Shown: piece by piece, positions 46,627 through 55,785 of the stretch
Layout: each line of letters starts with the position of its first letter
How positions within the stretch are numbered: position 1 is the stretch's first letter
Source: Paucibacter sediminis
Lineage (GTDB): Bacteria; Pseudomonadota; Gammaproteobacteria; Burkholderiales; Burkholderiaceae_C
Direction: 5' to 3'
Length of the DNA stretch: 64,000 nucleotides
Assembly: GCF_030254645.1 (NCBI RefSeq)
Contig: NZ_CP116346.1
Coordinates: 2,419,973 to 2,483,972 of the forward strand
Notes under the pieces: model-generated
The model's input: the letters and a program-made list of their open reading frames with translations, nothing else
Databases searched by the model: none
What the model was told of the DNA's origin: nothing
Translations under genes and position numbers: made by a program

Positions 46627-47259
46627 ATGTTCAACAGAATCTCGCGGGGGTTGACCGGGCCGCTGCTGGCCCTGCTTGCCGGGCCGGCGCTGGCCGCCGT
46701 GGTCTCGCTGAGCGGCAAGCTCGACGATCCCAGCAACACCGCGCTCGTGGCATCGGACATGGGCGCGGCACAGTTCATCGACGAACTGGCAAGCGCGAAC
46801 AACGTGGCCCTGCATGTGCTGCATGTCGCCCTGGGCGGAACGGTGAGCGTCACCAGCCTGGGCTTTGCGGCGGGCGGCATCGATCCCTACTTCACGCTGT
46901 TCAGCGGCACGGACTGGGCCACGGCCGGCTTCAGCGCATCGAATTACCTGCACGCGGTGAGCGTGGGAGGTGACTTCACGCAGGACCTGCTGCTGAGTGC
47001 CGGCGACTACACCCTGGCGATCGGCGTTTTCGAGAACCTGTCGTTCGCGGAGAACCTCGGCAGTGGTGTTCTGGGCGATGGCTTCACAGCCCTGGGCGGG
47101 CCGCTCTACTTTGGCGACGGCCACTACGCGTTCACGGTGACGTTGCCCGAGGCGGCCACCGTGCCCGAACCCGGCGGCGCCCTGTTGGGCTTGACGGCGG
47201 CTTGCGCCGCCGGCTGGTCCGCGCGGCGTCGCAGGCCCTTGGCCCCCAACGAAGGATGA
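46627..47259 (+). CDS. PEP-CTERM sorting-domain secreted protein
   Basis: Signal peptide. Canonical C-terminus ...TVPEPGGALLGLTAACAAGWSARRRR. Confidence 0.7.
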   Translation: MFNRISRGLTGPLLALLAGPALAAVVSLSGKLDDPSNTALVASDMGAAQFIDELASANNVALHVLHVALGGTVSVTSLGFAAGGIDPYFTLFSGTDWATAGFSASNYLHAVSVGGDFTQDLLLSAGDYTLAIGVFENLSFAENLGSGVLGDGFTALGGPLYFGDGHYAFTVTLPEAATVPEPGGALLGLTAACAAGWSARRRRPLAPNEG

Positions 47260-47264
47260 AGAAC

Positions 47265-47783
47265 ATGACATTGACCTTGATTTCCCGTCACGGCCTGACC
47301 TCAGCCATGGCCGTTGCCTTCGCGATGGCTGGTGTGTCCTGGGCTCCCGCCGCGATGGCGCAGACCCGCGCTGCGCTGGTCCAGTCGATCGATGAACCCG
47401 GGCGCAATCCCTACCAGGAGACCCAGGCCAACACGAACTGCCGCGGCAGCACGGTCTGCGTCTTCAACTTTGCCCAGGTCCCGGTGGGCAAGCGCCTGGT
47501 GCTGACCCACATCAGCGGCTATGTGGATACCGCCGCCGGCACGCTGCCCAATGGGTTCGTGAGCTCCGGCTTCGGCGGCTCCACCTATGCCACGCTCGCC
47601 TTCACCGGCGTGCGCGGGCCAACCGGCGTGCTGGGCACGCGCAACTTCATCAACCACAACGTGCTGGCCTACTTTGGCCCTGGCGAACCGATCAATGCGA
47701 GCTACCACGTCAATGGCACCGGCGACACCATGTCGGGTGGCGCGCTGTTGATGCTGACGGGCTATTTCGTCAACCTGCCCTGA
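47265..47783 (+). CDS. Secreted hypothetical protein
   Basis: GAAGGA RBS. Signal peptide ...AMAQT, then a Gly/Thr-rich beta-type sequence. ~172 aa. ATG 47256 is also possible. Confidence 0.45.
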   Translation: MTLTLISRHGLTSAMAVAFAMAGVSWAPAAMAQTRAALVQSIDEPGRNPYQETQANTNCRGSTVCVFNFAQVPVGKRLVLTHISGYVDTAAGTLPNGFVSSGFGGSTYATLAFTGVRGPTGVLGTRNFINHNVLAYFGPGEPINASYHVNGTGDTMSGGALLMLTGYFVNLP

Positions 47784-47833
47784 GACGCCGGCGCAGCGGT
47801 CTTGGCGCTAAGCTAGCGGCCGAGACTGCCGCC

Positions 47834-48300
47834 ATGCCCGCCGACGCACTGCCTTCAAGCCAAGACCCCGAACTGCTGCGCCGCTTGCTGCGCGCCAAGG
47901 ACCGCATCGATGCCGCGTCGCATGAGGCCTGGCCGGTGGCCCGGCTGGCCGACGTCAGCGGCGTCTCCGCCGCGCATTTCGCGCGTTCCTTCAAGCAGGC
48001 CTTCGGCGTGCCGCCGCACCGCTACCTGCTGACGCGGCGCATCGAGCGCGCGACACCGAGCTGCCCATCACCGAGATCGCCTTCCAGACCGGCTGGGAGA
48101 GCCTGGGCACCTTCGGCCGCACCTTTCGGGATGTCACCGGCGAGAGCCCCAGCGCCAACCGCGAGCGCGGGCGAGCCCAGCGCCAGCAGCTCGACCGCGT
48201 GCCCCACTGCATCGTCAGCGCCGCCCAGCGCCCCGGTCTGGTCATCGCAGTTTCGGAGAAGCGGCGCCGTGCGGCGGGCGCTACAAACAAGCCTTCGAAA
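47834..48300 (+). pseudogene. AraC-family HTH regulator, apparently frameshifted
   Basis: Frame 1 gives the first AraC helix (LADVSGVSAAHFARSFKQAFGVPPHRYLLTRRIERA). The second HTH (TELPITEIAFQTGWESLGTFGRTFRDVTGESP) continues in another frame from ~48050. Confidence 0.45.
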
Positions 48301-48315
48301 TGAACAGGAGGCTCC

Positions 48316-48723
48316 ATGAGTCAAGGTATCGATGTGGTCGGCTTGTATGTGCGCAGCCAGGACGAAGCGCTTGCGTTCTACGTTGAGAAGCTGGGTTTTC
48401 GCGTTCACACCGACGTGCGCAACGGCGCTTTCCGCTGGCTGACGGTGCAGCACCCGGAACAGCCCTCGTTCCAGCTCGGCCTTTTCGAGCCCGGGCCGCC
48501 GATGCAGGATGAGGCCACCGCCCAGGCACTGCGCGCGCTGGTCGCCAAGGGCGCGATGCCGCCGCTGGTGCTGGTGGTGAACGACTGCCGCGCCGCCTAC
48601 GAGCGCCTGCGCGGCCTGGGGGTGGAATTCACGCAGGAGCCGGTCGAGCGCTATGGCAGCGTCGACGCGGGCTTTCGCGACCCTTCGGGCAACGGCTGGA
48701 AGATGATCGGCGCGCGCGCTTGA
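48316..48723 (+). CDS. VOC-family (glyoxalase/bleomycin-resistance fold) protein
   Basis: AGGAGG RBS. 135 aa with paired beta-alpha-beta-beta-beta modules (GIDVVGLYVRSQDEALAFYVEKLGF...). Confidence 0.7.
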   Translation: MSQGIDVVGLYVRSQDEALAFYVEKLGFRVHTDVRNGAFRWLTVQHPEQPSFQLGLFEPGPPMQDEATAQALRALVAKGAMPPLVLVVNDCRAAYERLRGLGVEFTQEPVERYGSVDAGFRDPSGNGWKMIGARA

Positions 48724-48776
48724 CGCCGGCCGGGAAACGCTTAAGATACATTAAAAATGTATCTTTAAGTGCCCGC

Positions 48777-48998
48777 ATGGCCAAGCGATTCCCGATCCAT
48801 CCCGCGCAACCCTCGCGCATCTGCTGGGGTTGCGACAAATACTGTCCCGCGGACGCGATGATGTGCGGCAATGGCAGCGTGGCCACGCTCCATCCGTCCG
48901 AACTCTTCGGCGAGGACTGGATGTCCTGGGGGCTGGACGCCGCCGAGACGCCGGCGCCGCCCCAGGGCCCGCCTACATCGGGCGAAACAGATGGCTGA
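48777..48998 (+). CDS. Small Cys-containing hypothetical protein
   Basis: 73 aa, MAKRFPIHPAQPSRICWGCDKYCPADAMMCGNGS. Overlaps the 3' end of the convergent response-regulator gene. Weak support. Confidence 0.3.
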   Translation: MAKRFPIHPAQPSRICWGCDKYCPADAMMCGNGSVATLHPSELFGEDWMSWGLDAAETPAPPQGPPTSGETDG

Positions 48999-49779
48999 AG
49001 GCGCGGCTGACTTTCAGCGGCCGCTGCAGGCCGCGCACGCTCAGGCTGTAGTGCCCGTTCTCATCGCGCGTCGCGCTCACGATGCAGCTTGAGTTCACCA
49101 GCACGCTGCGATGCACCTGGATGAAGTCCTCCGAGTCGATCGACGCCATCAGCTCGCGCAAGCTCATGCGCACCAGGGCCTCGCCCGCCGGGGTCACCAC
49201 GTTGACGTATTTTTCCGTCGCCTCGAAGCACACCACCTCGGCGAGCGGGATCATGCGCACCGTGTTGCCGACACCGGCGCGTATCACCTTGATGCGCTCG
49301 CGCGGCGCGGCCTCCTGGGTCGCCACCGACTGCATGCGCTGCATCAGGGCGGCCATGTCCCCGGCATGCGGTGACGCGGCGCGCTCGGCCAGCCTGGCCT
49401 GGAGCCGCTCGACGCTTTGCCGCAGGCGCTCGTTGGTGACGGGCTTGAGCAGGTAGTCGACCGCGGCGCGCTCGAACGCCGACACGGCAAAGCCGTCATA
49501 GGCGGTGATGAACACGAACAGCGGTTCGGGCTTGCCCTCGGGCCATTCGTCGGCAACGGCCTCGGCCACCTCGATGCCGGTCCGGCCGGGCATCTTGATG
49601 TCCAGAAACATCACGTCGGGCAGCTGGCCCAGCGCCAGCTCGGTGGCCTGCAGGCCGTCCTCGGCCACGCCGGCGATGTGCAGCGCCGGCCATACCTCGG
49701 CCAACAGGCGGCACATGGTGCGCGCGAGCACGGGTTCGTCTTCGGCAATCACGGCGGTCGGCGGGGCGGGCAGGGTCAT
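48973..49779 (-). CDS. Two-component response regulator, REC + LytTR DNA-binding domain
   Basis: REC domain (VIAEDEP...FLDIKMPG...) and C-terminal LytTR (...VHRSVLVNSSCIV...). Confidence 0.85.
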   Translation of the reverse strand: MTLPAPPTAVIAEDEPVLARTMCRLLAEVWPALHIAGVAEDGLQATELALGQLPDVMFLDIKMPGRTGIEVAEAVADEWPEGKPEPLFVFITAYDGFAVSAFERAAVDYLLKPVTNERLRQSVERLQARLAERAASPHAGDMAALMQRMQSVATQEAAPRERIKVIRAGVGNTVRMIPLAEVVCFEATEKYVNVVTPAGEALVRMSLRELMASIDSEDFIQVHRSVLVNSSCIVSATRDENGHYSLSVRGLQRPLKVSRAFSHLFRPM

Positions 49780-49812
49780 GTCGGTTTCCTCGAGGCGTCG
49801 ATAAGGGTCGGC

Positions 49813-50883
49813 TCAGTGGGGGATGCACACCACGGCGCTAACGCCGGTGGGCTCGCGCCGCTCGAGGCTGAGCCGGGCCGCCGGGCCATAGACGGTGCGC
49901 AGTCGATCGCGCACATGTTGCAGGCCATAGCTGGCGTTGGCGGGGCGCGCGGACGGGCCGGGGTCTTCGTCGGCCGGCAGGCCCAGGCCGCTGTCGCTGA
50001 CGCGGATCTCGATGCCCGCCGCGGTGGCGCGCGCCACCACCTCGATGCTGCCCGCGCCGACCTTGGGTTCCAGGCCATGCTTGATGGCGTTCTCCACCAG
50101 CGGTTGCAGCAGCATCGGCGGCACCAGGGTGGCTTCGAGCGCGCCCGGCAATTCGAGCCGGTAGCTCAGCCTGGGCCCCATGCGCAGCGACATGATGTCC
50201 AGATAGGCGCGCAGCTGCGCGAACTCGCGGCTCAGCGTCACCGCCTCGGTCTGCGAGGCCGCCAGCGCGCTGCGCAGATACACGATCAACTGGTCGATCA
50301 TCGACTCGGCCCGCCCCACGTCTTCCCTGAGCAGCGAGCGGACATTGGCCAGGGTGTTGAAGAGCATGTGCGGCTCGAGCTGCGCGCGCAGCAGGCGCAG
50401 CTGCGCTTCGACCGCAAGGCGCTGCGCTTCCGAGCGCGTGGCGGCCTCGTTGGCGAGCTGCTCGCGCGTGGCGTAGTAATGCAGCGCCAGCCCGCCGACC
50501 AGCACGGTGAAGATGATGGGAACCACGCTGACCTGCTCGAGCCCGACCATGCGCGCCGGCTCGCCCAGCAGCAGGAAGGCGATCTGGTGGCCCACGAAAT
50601 AGCCGGTCGGGATCGCGATCGCGCCGGTGAGCAGCCAGCGCGTGCCGGTCTGCAGCTGCGCAAAATGGCGCGTGCGCCTGAGCAGCAGGGTGCAGACAAG
50701 CATCGTCAGGCCGACGCATTCCGAGAACATCAGCAGCCGGGGAAAGGTCTCCAGCCCCGGGGCGAGGAAGAACAGCAGGGTCGCCGCCAGGGCCCAGACC
50801 AGCGCGGCGACGAGGGCGATGCGCAGCGCGCCGCCGAGCGTGTCGGGCCAGAGGCTGGCGGTTCGAAACTTGGAAGACGACAT
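49813..50883 (-). CDS. Sensor histidine kinase, LytS/AlgZ-type (His_kinase + HATPase_c) with membrane N-terminus
   Basis: Four or more TM helices, phosphoacceptor region (...NTLANVRSLL...), HATPase motifs (LLQPLVENAIKHG, G-rich lid). Confidence 0.8.
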   Translation of the reverse strand: MSSSKFRTASLWPDTLGGALRIALVAALVWALAATLLFFLAPGLETFPRLLMFSECVGLTMLVCTLLLRRTRHFAQLQTGTRWLLTGAIAIPTGYFVGHQIAFLLLGEPARMVGLEQVSVVPIIFTVLVGGLALHYYATREQLANEAATRSEAQRLAVEAQLRLLRAQLEPHMLFNTLANVRSLLREDVGRAESMIDQLIVYLRSALAASQTEAVTLSREFAQLRAYLDIMSLRMGPRLSYRLELPGALEATLVPPMLLQPLVENAIKHGLEPKVGAGSIEVVARATAAGIEIRVSDSGLGLPADEDPGPSARPANASYGLQHVRDRLRTVYGPAARLSLERREPTGVSAVVCIPH

Positions 50884-50996
50884 GATGGGCTTGGGCCGGG
50901 TCTGGATCGCTGAGCGGGCAACAGCGCCACTCTAGGGCCACCCATGCCGCCCGCCAAGCGCGGGGCAGCAAGGGTGGGATTGCCGCACCCGCGGGC

Positions 50997-51164
50997 TCAG
51001 GCCTTGGGGCAGGCGCAATCGGCGCCGCACTTGCATTGCGGGCCACAGGCGCAGGCCTGCGCCGCGGCGCCTGGCTGGCAGCCGCAGGGGCATTGCTGGC
51101 CGGGGCAGGCGGCACAGCCGCAGTTGTTGGTGCTGGTGCTGGGGGTTTGCTGGTTGGCGTTCAT
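50997..51164 (-). CDS. Cys-rich 55-aa protein (metallothionein-like or peptide of unknown role)
   Basis: AGGA RBS. MNANQQTPSTSTNNCGCAACPGQQCPCGCQPGAAAQACACGPQCKCGADCACPKA has 15 Cys and no His. GC3-rich codons consistent with a genuine host gene. Confidence 0.5.
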   Translation of the reverse strand: MNANQQTPSTSTNNCGCAACPGQQCPCGCQPGAAAQACACGPQCKCGADCACPKA

Positions 51165-51494
51165 GGTGAAAAGTCCTTGAGTTTGGTCGACGACGGGATG
51201 TGGTCGACAGCCAGACTTTCGGCGCCGCGGCGCCGGCCCGAAAGCCGTATGAGACGAGCCGTGCGCGGCAGTGCCGCAGTGGTGCCTGCTGTCGACCGAA
51301 CGGTGGCGAACGGTACCGACGGGCCGCCCGGCGGGCCGGGCTGCGCCTGAGCGGCCGGATCGACCGTTCGATCGCCGCACCCAACCCTTGCCGGATGGAA
51401 TCCGACGGCCGATCGCAATCCGCTGTCGCGCGGCGGCGGCGCCAACGAAAGTTCGTACCGCCAATCCGTTCAGCTTCAGCAAGGAGTCCTCACC

Positions 51495-51947
51495 ATGTCT
51501 CGATCTTCCCTCTCGTTCGCCCTGGTCGCCGCCGCCAGCACCGCGCTGGCGGGCCTGCTCACGGCCTGCGGCACCCCGCCGGCCGACCTCGACCTGAGCC
51601 TGCAGCACCCGAGCGTGCAGCGCCGCTTCGTGGTGGCGATGGAGCCGCCCGCGCAGGGCCCGGCCGTCGGCCAGATGCATGCCTGGCGGCTCAAGCTCGC
51701 CACCGCCGAGGGCCAGCCGGTGAGCCAGGCGCGCATCAGCATCGCCGGCGGCATGCCGCAGCATGGCCATGGCCTGCCCACCCAACCGCGCGTCACCAAG
51801 GAACCCATCCTCGGCACCTATGTGATCGAGGGCATGAAGTTCAGCATGACCGGCTGGTGGGATCTGCGCCTGGACATCGATGCGGCCGGTGCGCGCGACC
51901 AGGCCGTGTTCAACCTCGTCATGACCGACGCCGGCCTGCAGCGCTGA
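51495..51947 (+). CDS. Lipoprotein, beta-sandwich (FixH/YtkA-like?) domain, possible metal-handling
   Basis: AAGGAG RBS, lipobox LTAC, motif GMPQHGHGLP...GTYVIEGMKFSMTGWWDLRL. 150 aa. The family guess is weak. Confidence 0.45.
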   Translation: MSRSSLSFALVAAASTALAGLLTACGTPPADLDLSLQHPSVQRRFVVAMEPPAQGPAVGQMHAWRLKLATAEGQPVSQARISIAGGMPQHGHGLPTQPRVTKEPILGTYVIEGMKFSMTGWWDLRLDIDAAGARDQAVFNLVMTDAGLQR

Positions 51948-51974
51948 CGCCGGCACTTGTTGAAGGGAGACCCC

Positions 51975-53255
51975 ATGATGCACCAAGCCCTGCTGATCGC
52001 CACCATGCTGCTCGCGCTGCCCGCCTGCGGCGCCGGACGCGAGGCCGCGGGCGGCGAGCGCTGGTCGCAGGCCGAGCGCGCGCAGCTCGCCTCGATGAGC
52101 CTGGCGCGCCTGCCCGCGCCGCCGCCGGACCCCTCCAATGCCGTGGCCGACCAGCCCGCGGCGGCGGCGCTGGGCCGGCAGCTGTTCGCCGATGCGCGCC
52201 TGTCGCGCGACGGCAAGGTCTCCTGTGCCAGCTGCCATGACCCGCAGCGCCAGTTCCAGGACGACCGGGCGCTGGGCCGCGGTGTCGGCACGGGCCAGCG
52301 CCGCACCATGAGCGTGCCCGCGGCGGCGCACAGCCCCTGGCTGTTCTGGGACGGCCGCAAGGACAGCCTGTGGTCGCAGGCGCTCGGGCCCCTGGAAGAC
52401 GGCCTCGAGCATGGCAGCAACCGCACGCGCCTGGTGCAGCAACTGCGCAGCCACCATCGCCCCGGCTACGAGGCCGTGTTCGGGCCATTCCCTCCGCTCA
52501 GCGGGCTGCCCGCCGATGCCGCCCCGGCCGGCACGCCCGACGAGCGCCAGGCCTGGTCGCGCATGAGCGAGGCGCAGCGCGACAGCGTCAACCGCGTGTT
52601 TGCCAACCTGGGCAAGGCCCTGGCCGCCTATGAGCGCAGCCTGGCCTACGGCGCGTCGCGCTTCGACCGCTATGTGCAGGCCCTGCAGGCCGGCGATGCG
52701 GCCGGGCAGCAGCAGTTGTCGCGCGACGAGGTGCAGGGCCTGCGCCTCTTCATTGGCAAGGCGCAGTGCTCCACCTGCCACAACGGCCCGCTGTTCAGCG
52801 ACCAGCATTTCCACAACACCGGCGTGCCGCCGCGCGACCCCGCCCGCCCCGACCGCGGCCGCGCGCCGGCCATCGCCAAGGTGCAGGCCGACGAGTTCAA
52901 CTGCCTGGGCCGCTACAGCGACGCGCCGGCCGAGGCCTGCGCCGAGCTGCGCTTCATGGCCGACCAGGACCCCGCCATGGAGGGCGCGTTCAAGACCCCG
53001 GGGCTGCGCAATATCGCGCTGCGTCCGCCCTATATGCACGCCGGCCAACTGGCGACGCTGGACGAGGTGCTGGCGCATTACCGGCGCGCACCGGCCGCCG
53101 CCGCCGGCCAGACCGAGCTGGCCCGCCCCGGTGCCGCCGTGGCGGGGCGGCAGCCGATCCGGCTGTCGGATGACGAGGCGCGGCAGCTGATCGCTTTCCT
53201 GCACAGCCTGTCGGGGCCGGTCGAGGAGCGCCCGAGCGGGGGCGGCGCGAGATGA
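51975..53255 (+). CDS. Di-heme cytochrome c peroxidase (CcpA/MauG family)
   Basis: GGGAGA RBS, lipobox-like LPAC, two CxxCH (CASCH, CSTCH), conserved FKTPGLRN and PYMHAG regions. Confidence 0.8.
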   Translation: MMHQALLIATMLLALPACGAGREAAGGERWSQAERAQLASMSLARLPAPPPDPSNAVADQPAAAALGRQLFADARLSRDGKVSCASCHDPQRQFQDDRALGRGVGTGQRRTMSVPAAAHSPWLFWDGRKDSLWSQALGPLEDGLEHGSNRTRLVQQLRSHHRPGYEAVFGPFPPLSGLPADAAPAGTPDERQAWSRMSEAQRDSVNRVFANLGKALAAYERSLAYGASRFDRYVQALQAGDAAGQQQLSRDEVQGLRLFIGKAQCSTCHNGPLFSDQHFHNTGVPPRDPARPDRGRAPAIAKVQADEFNCLGRYSDAPAEACAELRFMADQDPAMEGAFKTPGLRNIALRPPYMHAGQLATLDEVLAHYRRAPAAAAGQTELARPGAAVAGRQPIRLSDDEARQLIAFLHSLSGPVEERPSGGGAR

Positions 53256-53314
53256 CGGCCTGAATCAAAATGCTGCCATTCGATGCCGGTGCTCGGCACG
53301 GAAGGAGACACAGC

Positions 53315-53707
53315 ATGGACCGATTCAACGGAGGCTGCCTGTGCGGCCAGGTGCGCATGGTGGTATCGGGGCGGCCCTACCGGGTCGGCATTTGCCACTG
53401 CCTCGATTGCCGCAAGCATCACGGCGCGCTGTTCCATGCGTCGGCGGTGTTTCCGCAGCAGGCGCTGGTGGTGGAGGGCGAGACGGGCGCGTACGCCGGG
53501 CGGCATTTCTGCCCGCGCTGCGGCTCCTCCGTGTTCTCGCGCAGTGCCGACGAGGTCGAGGTGAACCTGGGCTCGCTGGATGCGCCCGATCAGCTGACGC
53601 CAAGCTACGAAATCTGGACCCTCCGCCGCGAGTCCTGGCTGCCGCCGTTTCCGCTGGCCCGACACTACGAGCGCGACCGCGACCCGAGCAGCCGCATCGA
53701 GGCATAG
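53315..53707 (+). CDS. GFA-family (CENP-V/glutathione-dependent formaldehyde-activating-like) zinc protein
   Basis: AAGGAGA RBS. Cys pattern CLCG...CHCLDCRK...CPRCGS. 130 aa. Confidence 0.7.
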   Translation: MDRFNGGCLCGQVRMVVSGRPYRVGICHCLDCRKHHGALFHASAVFPQQALVVEGETGAYAGRHFCPRCGSSVFSRSADEVEVNLGSLDAPDQLTPSYEIWTLRRESWLPPFPLARHYERDRDPSSRIEA

Positions 53708-53766
53708 CCCAGCACCCGCGTCGCCTACAGTCGCTAGCCCATATTGACGAGGGCAACAGCGATTTC

Positions 53767-54089
53767 ATGGCACCAGAGATTCTGGTTCTGGGCGCTGGAT
53801 GGGCGCGCGCTCGCCGCGGCCGAATAGGCGTTTCGCCTGCCGCTGGCGGGCGCCGTGCATTGGCTGGAGTCCTGCAAGGTCAGCGACCCGGGCGAGCTTG
53901 TGGAGCGTTATGCCGCGCTGTTCCGGCAGCGCGGCGCCGCGGCACCGCGGGCTGTGGATCAACTGCGGCCATGGCCATCAGGGCTTCACCCTGGGGCCGG
54001 CCAGCGCCAGGCTGCTGGCCGACCTGATCGAGGGCGGCACGCCCTATACCGAGGCCGCGGCCTTTGCGCCGCTGCGCTTCGGGCGCTGA
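53767..54089 (+). pseudogene. Remnant of an FAD-dependent amino-acid oxidase/dehydrogenase gene (N- and C-terminal ends only)
   Basis: MAPEILVLGAGW... resembles a dinucleotide-binding N-terminus. ...GLWINCGHGHQGFTLGPASARLLADLIEGGTPYTEAAAFAPLRFGR is a typical DadA/ThiO-type C-terminus. They are only ~300 bp apart and in different frames. Confidence 0.35.
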
Positions 54090-54093
54090 GCGT

Positions 54094-54993
54094 TCACGCG
54101 GGCCAGGCGCGCGTGCGGAAGGCCTTGGCCAGGAAATCGATCATCAGCCGGACCTTGGGCGAGACGAATTTGCGCGAGGGATAGACCGCGTAGACGCCCA
54201 GCTCGATCGAGCGCCAGGCCGGCATCACTTCCACTAGGGTGCCGGCCTGCAGGTCGGGCCCGACCAGGAAGCTGGGTTGCAGCACGATGCCCTGGTGGCG
54301 CAGCGCGGCCACACGACAGGTGTCGCCGCTGTTGGTGCGCAGGCGCGGCCTCACCCTGACCGTGACCGCCCCCTCGGAACCCGTGAACTCCCATTGCTCG
54401 CCCATCGAGAACAGGCTGTAGGTCAGCACGTCGTGGTCGGCCAGCTCGGAGGGGTGGCCGGGGTGGCCGCGTGCCTGCAGATAGGTCGGCGAGGCGCACA
54501 GCACCATGCGTGTTGAGGTGAGCTGCCGGCTCACCAGCGACGAGTTGGGCAGGCGCGCGATGCGCACCGCCATGTCGAAGCCCTCCTCGACGAGGTCGAC
54601 CACGCGATCGGCCAGGGTCACGTCCAGCACCACCTGCGGGTGCTGCGCCATGAACTCGGCCCACAGCGGCGCGAGGTGCAGCAGGCCGAAGGAGAAGGGC
54701 ACGTTGATGCGCAAGAGGCCGCTGGCCTCGCCGCTGCTCGAGGTGATTTCGGCTTCGGCCTCGCTGACTCCGCTCAGCAAGTCGCGGCAGCGCGCCTGGA
54801 AGACCTCGCCTTCCGGTGTCAGCGAGAGCTTGCGCGTGGTGCGATGCAGCAGCCTGACCCCCAGGCGCGCTTCAAGTTCCGCCAGGTAGCGCGAGACCGC
54901 CGCTTTCGAGACGCCGAGCGTCTCGGCGGCTTTGACAAAGCTGCCGGCATCGGCCACGGCGACGAAGGCCTGCATTTCGGTGAACCTGTCCAT
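54094..54993 (-). CDS. LysR-family transcriptional regulator
   Basis: HTH MQAFVAVADAGSFVKAAETLGVSKAAVSRYLAELE plus LysR substrate domain. Divergent from the 55120 gene. Confidence 0.8.
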   Translation of the reverse strand: MDRFTEMQAFVAVADAGSFVKAAETLGVSKAAVSRYLAELEARLGVRLLHRTTRKLSLTPEGEVFQARCRDLLSGVSEAEAEITSSSGEASGLLRINVPFSFGLLHLAPLWAEFMAQHPQVVLDVTLADRVVDLVEEGFDMAVRIARLPNSSLVSRQLTSTRMVLCASPTYLQARGHPGHPSELADHDVLTYSLFSMGEQWEFTGSEGAVTVRVRPRLRTNSGDTCRVAALRHQGIVLQPSFLVGPDLQAGTLVEVMPAWRSIELGVYAVYPSRKFVSPKVRLMIDFLAKAFRTRAWPA

Positions 54994-55119
54994 ATGGGTC
55001 GGGATTGTCTCGTATGGCGAGACAGTCAAACCTTGTTTGGCTTGTTTATCTCTATCCACGGCGCTTCTACAGTTTCAGTCATCGCAGCAAATCGCTGCAG
55101 CAACCCGAGGAAACAAGTC

Positions 55120-55752
55120 ATGAAGATCACCGTCATCGGCGCCGGCCCCATGGGCTCGGCCTTTGTCAGCCAACTCGTCCGCGCTGGCCACCAGGTCAGC
55201 GTGACGGCACGCAACGGCGCCAAGGCGGCCCAGCTGGCCGCCGCCAACCCCGGCGCCAAGGCCGTGGCTTCCGCCGGCGCAGCGGCCGACGCCGATGCCA
55301 TCATCCTCGCCACCGGCTATGCCGATGCGGTCGGCGCGCTGCTGGCCGTCGGCGAGCTCAAGGGCAAGGTGGTGATCGACATCACCAACCCGCTGACGGC
55401 CGACTACATGGGCCTGACGATAGGCCACAGCAGCTCGGCGGCCGAGGAGATCGCCAAGGCGCTTCCCGGTGTCGAGCTCGTCAAGGCCTTCAACACCGTC
55501 TTCGCGCAGCTGTTGGCCGAGGGCCCGGACTTCGGCCAGGGCCGCAAGGTCGAGGTGTTCGTGGCCAGCGACAGCGAGCGCGCGAAGCTGACCGCCAGCA
55601 CGATCGCGCAGAGCCTCGGCTTTGCGGTGGTCGACGCCGGTGGCCTGAAGAATGCACGCTACCTCGAGCCGCTGGCCGGCTTGAACATCTACCTCGGCTA
55701 CGGCGCCGGCCTGGGCACGGCGATCGCGCCGAGCTGGATCCGCAAGGCCTGA
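55120..55752 (+). CDS. NAD(P)-binding oxidoreductase (NADPH-dependent F420 reductase / P5CR-like Rossmann protein)
   Basis: GAGGA RBS, MKITVIGAGPMGSAF Rossmann N-terminus, ~210 aa. Confidence 0.6.
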   Translation: MKITVIGAGPMGSAFVSQLVRAGHQVSVTARNGAKAAQLAAANPGAKAVASAGAAADADAIILATGYADAVGALLAVGELKGKVVIDITNPLTADYMGLTIGHSSSAAEEIAKALPGVELVKAFNTVFAQLLAEGPDFGQGRKVEVFVASDSERAKLTASTIAQSLGFAVVDAGGLKNARYLEPLAGLNIYLGYGAGLGTAIAPSWIRKA

Positions 55753-55785
55753 GGCGCGCGCGGGCCAAACATCGAAAGGTATGCC

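Noticed and set aside
50997-53204. 735-aa minus-strand ORF
   Set aside because: Antisense to the lipoprotein and CCP genes for >2 kb. Only its last 55 codons (the Cys-rich peptide with its own RBS) were kept as a candidate gene.
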